Shown here piece by piece: positions 1 through 6,082 of a DNA stretch of 6,880 nt. The position numbers and the translations under genes are program-made. The notes under the pieces are model-generated. The model was not told the origin of the DNA. It did not search any database and was given only the letters and a program-made list of their open reading frames with translations. Source of the DNA: Octopus sinensis (taxonomy: Eukaryota); NCBI RefSeq assembly GCF_006345805.1, contig NW_021829209.1, positions 1-6,880 of the forward strand, written 5' to 3'. How positions within the stretch are numbered: position 1 is the stretch's first letter; each line of letters begins with the position of its first letter.

Positions 1-110
1 TAATAATAATATCAATAATAATAAAATCATAATGATAATAATCATATAATAATGATAATGATGATGATAATAATAATAATAATATAATAATAATAATGAT
101 AATAATATAA

Positions 111-141
<31 letters not shown>

Positions 142-170
142 TAATAATAATAATAATAAATAATAATAAT
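1..170. repeat. Imperfect (TAA)n microsatellite with GAT interruptions
   Basis: Direct reading: taataataa... from the window start to the 'gatttcattt' junction at 171. Confidence 0.97.
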
Positions 171-760
171 GATTTCATTTATTTGCCACAAGGGTGAAGG
201 ATGAGGGTAACAATACAGAGACAGACATAAAGTGTGCGGGTTTACCTATAATGAAGCGATAAGAAAATGGAAGAAAGAAAGTATATACGGTATACACTGA
301 AAAACAAAAGGGACATACGCATAATATACAAAGGTTTTTTTTCGAAAAGTGAAGTGGCGGGGATGATGATAAAGGTGTGGCCCTCCTGATACAGCAAGAC
401 CTCTAGGGATAATTGAGGAACCCCACTTTCCGTGATTTTCCTGAAACACCAAGAGCAAGTGCCCTCTTCAATTTCTTCTTTCCGACTCACAGGTCTTTAT
501 TCAGAGAGCTACCATCCACTCTTGCCATTTTCGCAGTTTTTATCCATCTTTCGATAAACTCACTCGAGGACAGCACTTCCCTCTCCACTCTCAATTTCCT
601 TTCCAAGTGAATCTTGAAGAAGTCAATGAGAGTTCTACCAAAGAGGCATGTCTCTGTCCTCATGCATTTTAGCCTTGTCCACCAAACAACCTCTTTCAGC
701 ACAGCCACTGGACAAAGGAAAACTGCCTTGCCTGACCGACTGACATGATAGTTCCCGAAT
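171..760 (-). mobile_element. 5'-truncated 3' fragment of an L1/Tx1-clade non-LTR retrotransposon (ORF2 C-terminus + ~315-nt 3' UTR)
   Basis: The minus strand has a non-repetitive open frame 759-487 ending in TGA, then a 3' UTR containing AATAAA ('ggcaaataaatgaaatc') that runs into (TTA)n. The peptide pattern 'KEVVWWTR...FFKIHLERKLRVERE.....F.ERW' resembles, by recollection, L1/Tx1 ORF2 C-termini (W..R ... RLRVE ... F..RW). Clade assignment needs a profile search. Confidence 0.7.
487..759 (-). pseudogene. ORF2 C-terminal remnant of the LINE (90 aa, FGNYHV...SLNKDL*)
   Basis: The non-repetitive part of supplied ORF 487..933. The upstream part of that ORF is only translated microsatellite and HINE end. 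No start codon of its own. Confidence 0.65.
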
Positions 761-854
761 AACAATAATAATAATAATAATAATAATGATAATAATAATA
801 ATAATAATAATAAATAATAATAATAATAATAATAATAATGATAATAATAATAAT

Positions 855-887
<33 letters not shown>

Positions 888-890
888 CAT
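761..890. repeat. Compound microsatellite (AAT)n grading into (AAC)n
   Basis: Direct reading: (aat)n ~761-856, (aac)n ~855-886. Confidence 0.97.
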
Positions 891-1007
891 CATAAGAGCA
901 CTCGGACAGTGTAAATCTCCGCCAAGGCAACACCAGCGTTCTCTCAGCGATTAAGCAGAGATGATTTTTAAAATGAGAATATCTGAAATAAACTCGACTG
1001 CTCTCAC
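891..1007 (-). mobile_element. Truncated copy (3' terminus only) of the DINE-1/HINE-like Helentron at 3517-3890
   Basis: 892-1007 aligns without gaps to 3518-3633 with 18 mismatches in 116 nt (~84%, hand count). It retains the subTIR atctccgcca (915-924) and the terminal stem-loop cact-cggac-agtg (899-911). Confidence 0.85.
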
Positions 1008-1010
1008 TAA

Positions 1011-1158
1011 TATATTATATATATATTTTCATAAATACATTATATTATCTTCATAAATATATTATATTATTTTCTCAAATATATTATATTTATTTTCATA
1101 AATATACTATATTATCTTCATAAATACATTATTTTCACAAATATATATATTTTCATAA
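1011..1158. repeat. AT-rich minisatellite, ~22-bp unit (atacattatattatcttcataa), ~7 degenerate copies
   Basis: Units end in tcataa/tctcaa/tcacaa at 1034, 1056, 1078, 1101, 1123, 1140, 1158 (spacings 22,22,23,22,17,18). Confidence 0.85.
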
Positions 1159-1369
1159 CGGGTCCATCTGCCAATGAACGATATTTTATCCTATGCATTG
1201 CAAGAACTGTTTTCATCTTTCCTTAGATGGAACAAGGAGACCCATCTTGGACACAGAAGGCGCAGTTATGGAGTCCTTCTCTACTGGTGTACTAGGAAAA
1301 CGGATGCGAGCATTGAATCTATCGACTAAATTCGTTCACTCTACAGTAAAAGGGAAAGACAAACGCGTA

Positions 1370-1414
1370 TACTATTTAATCGATTCCGAAGGGATTAAAG
1401 ACATAAGTGACCTC
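1370..1414 (-). mobile_element. Degenerate antisense fragment of the SINE core
   Basis: The reverse complement gaggtcacttatgtctttaatcccttcggaatcgattaaatagta aligns to gaggtcgactttacctttcaccctttcggggtcgataaattaagta at 1540-1585. Confidence 0.6.
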
Positions 1415-1451
1415 TGGGTCGATAACGTAACTGAATATTTCGTAATATTAA

Positions 1452-1682
1452 GGCGATGAGATGGCAGAAACGTTAGCGCGCCAGGCGAAATGCTTAGCGA
1501 TATTTCATCTGCCGTTACGTTCTGAGTTCAAATTCCGCCGAGGTCGACTTTACCTTTCACCCTTTCGGGGTCGATAAATTAAGTACAAGTTACGCACTGG
1601 GGTTGATATAATCGACTTAATCCATTTGTCTGTCCTTGTTTGTCCTCTCTGTGTTTAGCCCCTTGTGGGTGGTAAAGAAATA
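1452..1682 (+). mobile_element. tRNA-derived SINE, full length (cephalopod-type)
   Basis: A-box-like tggcagaaacg (1462-1472), B-box gagttcaaattcc (1524-1536), core 'gtcgactttacctttca..ctttcggggtcgataaattaagtac...ctgggg..gat..aatcgact', and tail 'gccccttgtgggtggtaaagaaata'. A second copy follows immediately. Confidence 0.85.
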
Positions 1683-1810
1683 GGTATTTCATCTGCCGTT
1701 TCGTTCTGAGTTCAAATTCCGCCAGGTCGACTTTACCTTTCATCCTTTCGGGGTCGATAAATTAAGTACCAGTTACGCACTGGGGTCTATGTAATTGACT
1801 TAATCCCTTT
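1683..1810 (+). mobile_element. Tandem partial copy of the same SINE (no A-box head, no tail)
   Basis: 1685-1806 vs 1501-1623: 7 substitutions and 1 gap in 123 columns (~93%). Confidence 0.88.
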
Positions 1811-1816
1811 GGTATG

Positions 1817-1853
1817 TCCGCGCTCTTAACCACTACGCTATATGGCGTAGTGG
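1817..1853. other. 24-bp near-perfect palindrome made of two back-to-back Pol III A-boxes (tRNA/SINE head fold-back)
   Basis: ccactacgctatatggcgtagtgg (1830-1853) has 11 of 12 complementary pairs. The plus strand reads TGGCGTAGTGG (1843-1853). The minus strand reads TAGCGTAGTGG continuing TTAAGAGCGCGG, like a tRNA D-arm. Confidence 0.7.
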
Positions 1854-2019
1854 CAATGGGATCCGAACAAATGCGATGGTTGAAACGTGTGAAAAAAAAA
1901 CCCCAAAAGTCCGGGTTATGTTGAAAAATAAAACTCACTTAGTTACATTCTATGAGAGTTTCTTCATCAGGCTACGAGTTTCGGAGATCAGCCTGGCAGT
2001 TAGTCGATTTATGATCGAT

Positions 2020-2066
2020 GTTCAATCCTACAGAGGTTAAATGCTTGCTTTTCATCATTCGGGGGC
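2020..2066 (+). mobile_element. Old degenerate SINE fragment (B-box + core start)
   Basis: gttcaatcc (2020-2028) followed by gaggtt...cttttcatcattcggggg, resembling gaggtcgactttacctttcatcctttcgggg of the SINE copies at 1540-1570 and 1724-1753. Confidence 0.45.
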
Positions 2067-2221
2067 GGAGGAGTATGTTGATAAGTTGTCATGAGTTAAT
2101 TATTTTGGTCTGAAACATGTGAATAAATCCTCTCCCTAATTTTCTGAGCTTGCGCTCCATGATACAATCCCCATTTTTCATAAAAATAAAATGTGAAAAA
2201 CCAGGAGAAAAGCACATTCCA

Positions 2222-2224
2222 ACT

Positions 2225-2287
<63 letters not shown>

Positions 2288-2460
2288 GCTACTACCACCA
2301 CCACCACCGCCACCACCGGAACTACCGCTATTAGTGGTATTATTACTAACACGACTACTGCTGCTGCTAACAACAATGATAAATATCCTCACGATGATGA
2401 AACATATTCCACTTTCCCCTCCCCTCCTCCTCCAATTCATCATCATCATCATCACCATTG
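2222..2460. repeat. Compound trinucleotide microsatellite (ACT)n/(ACC)n with shorter (GCT), (AAC), (CCT), (CAT) runs
   Basis: Direct reading; it produces the poly-T/L/V/S ORF artefacts. Confidence 0.93.
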
Positions 2461-2725
2461 TAGCCATTAAGCTATCTTATTACTTCTATAATTTTTATTC
2501 CTTCTTTTTTCTCTTTTTTCTTTCAATATTTCTTTTATTATTATTATCTTTTTTTGTTTTCTTCAGTTATATATTCATGCTTTTTCGTCATAATATCTTA
2601 CAAAACTGCCAAGTTTGCGCCGACAAAATGCGATTACCACAAAATATTACGAATTTTTACATTCCATAAACCGGATTTGGAAAATGGAGGAGGGTTAAAA
2701 ATATAATGTTGAATAATTCATAATT

Positions 2726-2731
2726 TTATTA

Positions 2732-2795
<64 letters not shown>

Positions 2796-2857
2796 CATCA
2801 TTATCATTATTATTATCATTATTATTATTATTATTATCATCATTATTAATATTATCA

Positions 2858-2926
<69 letters not shown>

Positions 2927-2952
2927 TATTATCAGTAGTCTTCTTCTTCTTC
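2726..2952. repeat. (ATT)n microsatellite with ATC variants, followed by a short (CTT)n
   Basis: Direct reading. Confidence 0.97.
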
Positions 2953-3165
2953 TTTGCTGATTACGTATTCCAACTAGATTTTGTTTGTTTGTCTTATGTT
3001 GGCTTACATTTTAAGAAAGAATATTTGCCATTGAAGAAGAAGAAAAACGGAGAGAGGAAAAAAAAACATTTTGAAAATTTGTTTGAATGTTGTAACATCG
3101 AATGCAGATTAGTGAGTAATATTGGAAGTGGAGGAAAGGTTTTAATAAAACTGGTGATGCTCATA

Positions 3166-3393
<228 letters not shown>

Positions 3394-3458
3394 AGGTAGT
3401 GACGCTTGATGACCTTTGGTACGTGGACCATGATGATGACAGTAGTCATGATCGCCAT

Positions 3459-3516
3459 AATAATAATAATAATAATAATAATAAAATAATAATAATAATA
3501 ATAATATAATAATAAT
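3459..3516. repeat. (TAA)n microsatellite abutting the Helentron 3' end
   Basis: Direct reading. Confidence 0.95.
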
Positions 3517-3890
3517 AACAAGCGCACTCAGATAGCGCAAACCTCCGCCAAAGTAATGCCAATGTCCTCTCAACGATTAACCAGAGATGATTTTTAAAAT
3601 AAGAATATCTGAAATAAACTCGACTCCTCTCACAAACGAGAATACTAAAAATGAACCGGACCGCTCTCAAAAATTAAGTAAAAAAAAAACAGGAAAAATA
3701 ATCCAGAATCCTTGTCCGGTACCGGATCGATCCCAGAACCTAATCAGTTTGTGCCAGTTACAAGGCCGAACATCCCTGAAAGTGGCATTCGAATCTATCC
3801 AGCGGATCTTGAGATATCTTGGCCACGGACAAACAAACAAAGAAACAGTGACCGTAGACAATATCTCCGCCTTCGCTATGGCGGAGATAA
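3517..3890 (-). mobile_element. Full-length non-autonomous Helentron (DINE-1/HINE-like rolling-circle element), 374 bp
   Basis: On the minus strand: the 5' end TT-atctccgcca is folded into a 10-bp hairpin (tatctccgcc 3862-3871 / ggcggagata 3880-3889), followed by a short (GTTT)n/GTCC tract (3826-3845). At the 3' end come a subTIR (acctccgcca 3541-3550, 9/10 match to the 5' one), a small stem-loop GCGCT-atctg-AGTGC (3524-3538) and a ...CTTGTT end. No TSD; T-rich ends. This order matches the published DINE-1/HINE architecture. Confidence 0.82.
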
Positions 3891-4236
3891 TTATAATTTA
3901 ACGAGAAGTTAAACGTTGGGTGACTTCTTCGAGTCAATTTGCTATTAGTATTTGCGTCTCCAAATATTTTAGACTGTTTACAATTGGAAAGATAGCTTCC
4001 AACCACACACTCCCAACCTGTGATGAAAATGCATTTTTGTTTGGGTAGAATGTTTCCGTAATAAACAAACAGAGCATCCTTAAATTGCGCCTTGTTGGCT
4101 CTTGAAAAACTTGAGATAGATATACGTCAGCCCTCTCCTTGCCCGCGTTTCTATATATTCACAAGCAAGGAGATAATAATTTACTCTTGTATTTGTACAC
4201 TAGATGGTTCTGTGTCCAAGAACTGCTCTTATTTAG

Positions 4237-4338
4237 AGACTCCCTTTTCGAAACAAAGAACACAAAATTTTCCCATTCATGCACACACCTGGTCCTCGTT
4301 TTCCTGGTGCTCTTCTTATGAACGGATGTGGCCTACAG
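4237..4338 (+). CDS. Candidate isolated internal exon (102 nt; phase-0 reading RLPFRNKEHKIFPFMHTPGPRFPGALLMNGCGLQ), product unknown
   Basis: Acceptor ctgctcttatttAG (AG 4235-4236), donor CAG|GTTAGG (GT 4339-4340), length divisible by 3, open in two frames, in one of the few non-repetitive stretches. No recognisable homology. Confidence 0.3.
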
Positions 4339-4499
4339 GTTAGGTTGCTCGGTTGATGAATTTTGTGACATGTGGTGTCCTGATACAAAGCACTACATTT
4401 CATTTTGATACCGTCGATTTATCTTTAACGAATACCAAGCGGTTACAGGTCTATCTCTGTCTATGTCTGTTTGTGTGTCTATCCCTTTCTCTAGTATAC

Positions 4500-4752
4500 T
4501 TTTCTTCTTTTACATGTTTCAGTAATTTGACCACGGCCATGCTGGAGCACTCACATAAAGTGTTGTTTTTTTAAGTCGATGAAATCGAGCCCCAGAACTT
4601 ATTCTTTGTAAGCTTAGTACTTATTCTATCGCTCTCTTTTACCGAACCGCTACGATTCGTGAATGTAAGCACATCGCAATCAGGTGTCAATCGATGGTGG
4701 GGCGAGGTGGGGACAAACGTAGACACAAAGACATTCACATAAATACACACAC

Positions 4753-4754
<2 letters not shown>
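4500..4754 (-). mobile_element. 3' half of a second SINE family (core domain + tail)
   Basis: The minus strand reads '...cgatagaataagtac...ctggggctcgatttcatcgactt...gctccagcatggccgtggtcaaattactgaaacatgtaaaagaag'. The first two blocks match the core of the SINE at 1572-1618 (cgataaattaagtac...ctggggttgatataatcgactt). Confidence 0.65.

Positions 4755-4785
<31 letters not shown>
4755..4785. repeat. (TA)n microsatellite
   Basis: Direct reading. Confidence 0.97.
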
Positions 4786-4787
<2 letters not shown>

Positions 4788-4789
<2 letters not shown>

Positions 4790-4846
4790 CCACATTAAAT
4801 GTTCATACATCACTAGGAGAGTGCTGTATGAACATTTAATGTGGTT
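4788..4846. repeat. Perfect 22-bp inverted repeat with 15-nt spacer (59-nt hairpin)
   Basis: aaccacattaaatgttcataca (4788-4809) is the exact reverse complement of tgtatgaacatttaatgtggtt (4825-4846). The spacer adds cact/agtg pairs. Confidence 0.95.
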
Positions 4847-5003
4847 CTAGAGTCAAGTTTTGACTGCTATTTCCAGCGTGGTGGTGTCTCTTAGATACCT
4901 TAAATTATGATTTTAAATAATTATTACCCCTGAAAGGTTTTTATTCCCATGCTGGCCACCTGATAAGATCGGTATTTTAAATATAGATCTCAATCCTTAA
5001 ATA

Positions 5004-5006
<3 letters not shown>

Positions 5007-5071
<65 letters not shown>
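5007..5071. repeat. (AT)32 microsatellite
   Basis: Direct reading. Confidence 0.97.
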
Positions 5072-5072
<1 letters not shown>

Positions 5073-5257
5073 GACGGGCTTCTTCCAGTTTCCATCTGAC
5101 AAATACACTCACAAGGCTTTGGTTGGTCTGAGGCTATAGTAGAAGATACTTGCCCAAAGTACCACGCAGTAGAAAATATGTGGATGGGAAGCATGTGAAC
5201 CCAGAACCTTGTGGTTGGGAAGCAAGCTTCTTACCACAAAGCCATGTCTGCGCCTAT
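5072..5257 (-). mobile_element. 5' (tRNA-derived) half of a SINE, B-box disrupted
   Basis: The minus strand begins ataggcgcagacaTGGCTTTGTGGtaag (A-box 5244-5234), has a truncated B-box GGGTTCA (5202-5196), then 'tttgggcaagtatcttctactatagcctc...gccttgtgagtg...gaagcccgtcg' running into (TA)n. Confidence 0.78.
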
Positions 5258-5581
5258 CCCAAATCTATCTTAAATGTTACCCCGAATCAAAGACAGGAAG
5301 AATAGCTAATTCCATTCTCCGTAGTCGCACGGAATCTCATTATTCCGCAACCTCGCCAAGGAAGTGACAGGTTAAATGCTGCTTTTTTAAATATCGCTAA
5401 ATACATTCTATGAAATGTTGTTGTTGCCATGTGTTATTGGAATTCCCAATGAATAGAAGACGAAAATATTGGCACGAAACTGTTTTCTCCTTATCGAGTT
5501 ACTGATTTTAATGCAAGAAATATTTATCTGTATATGCAGTGCCATAAACGCCTTCTTCCTGTCCGTCACAAACGTTTGCTG

Positions 5582-5802
5582 AGCTCCATGAGGCCATCGC
5601 CTTAAGTTAGCTATTTGATACACAAACTGATACACAAACTGTATCCATATAACCTACGCTGCATTGAAAAGGGGCAATACCCCGAAACGCGTCTGTAGCT
5701 GCCGGTCAAGTAGTGTGGAGCGACTGACCTCCCTTGTTCGAAGGTTATATGGATACAGTTTGTGTATCAAATAGCTAACTTAAGCGATGGCCTCATGGAG
5801 CT
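5582..5802 (+). mobile_element. Fold-back element, probably a Penelope-like/retrozyme pLTR with an inverted 5'-truncated copy
   Basis: The right arm 5742-5802 (61 bp) is the reverse complement of the left arm 5582-5655 with zero substitutions. The left arm carries one extra C (5600/5601) and a 12-bp tandem duplication gatacacaaact (5617-5628, 5629-5640). The 86-bp spacer holds a hammerhead fold. Confidence 0.75.
5658..5699 (+). ncRNA. Minimal type I hammerhead ribozyme (U3-A8 core variant)
   Basis: Stem I gcugca 5658-5663 / uguagc 5694-5699 (5 WC + 1 GU); core UUGAAAA 5664-5670; stem II gggg 5671-5674 / cccc 5680-5683 with loop caaua; GAA 5684-5686; palindromic stem III acgcgu 5687-5692; GUC triplet 5691-5693, so cleavage is predicted between 5693 and 5694. 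Confidence 0.8.
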
Positions 5803-5921
5803 AATAAGCGGACAGCTTTATTCTTATTTATAAGAATGCCATATTAGTATGGCGATAACTATTATTTTCCGGAACGCTGCCGTTGTTCTCTTTAGAGAGA
5901 CTTAGTAATTTTAATATTTCT

Positions 5922-5985
5922 ATTATATATATATATAATATATATATATATTATATTATATTAGATATATTATATATATATATTT
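5922..5985. repeat. Degenerate (TA)n / AT-rich low-complexity tract
   Basis: Direct reading. Confidence 0.9.
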
Positions 5986-6082
5986 ACTCCACCATATATT
6001 ATTATAATTATTAGGGAATATTACTTCGAAGCACACAGGAAAAACGCATTCAAATTAAATGTACTAAAATGAACATCTCTCA

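Noticed and set aside
242-610. ORFs 242..490, 246..458, 413..610
   Set aside because: They fall in the LINE 3' UTR or antisense to ORF2; no independent support.
635-893. ORFs 635..886 and 696..893, and the N-terminal half of 487..933
   Set aside because: Poly-L/I/Y/C runs are translations of (AAT)n/(AAC)n; not genes.
1011-1158. Regularly spaced repeats superficially like a CRISPR array
   Set aside because: Contiguous degenerate tandem units with no unique spacers, in a eukaryotic context with no cas genes.
1193-1459. 88-aa ORF MHCKNC...
   Set aside because: Its 3' third is an antisense SINE remnant; no recognisable motif.
1452-1540. Functional tRNA gene
   Set aside because: It has A/B-box-like motifs but no complete cloverleaf, and continues into a SINE core and tail.
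2089-2669. Four overlapping ORFs with poly-T/V/S/L/H tracts
   Set aside because: Open only because the trinucleotide repeats lack stops in those frames; no domain signal or convincing splice sites.
3715-3726. 12-bp perfect palindrome tccggtaccgga
   Set aside because: Internal to the Helentron copy; no separate function can be supported.
3587-4006. ORFs over the Helentron copy
   Set aside because: They lie in a 374-bp non-autonomous element with no Rep/helicase motifs; incidental frames.
5349-5361. aacctcgccaagg, resembling the Helentron subTIR aacctccgccaagg
   Set aside because: It has a 1-nt deletion and no adjacent stem-loop or internal homology; compatible with chance.
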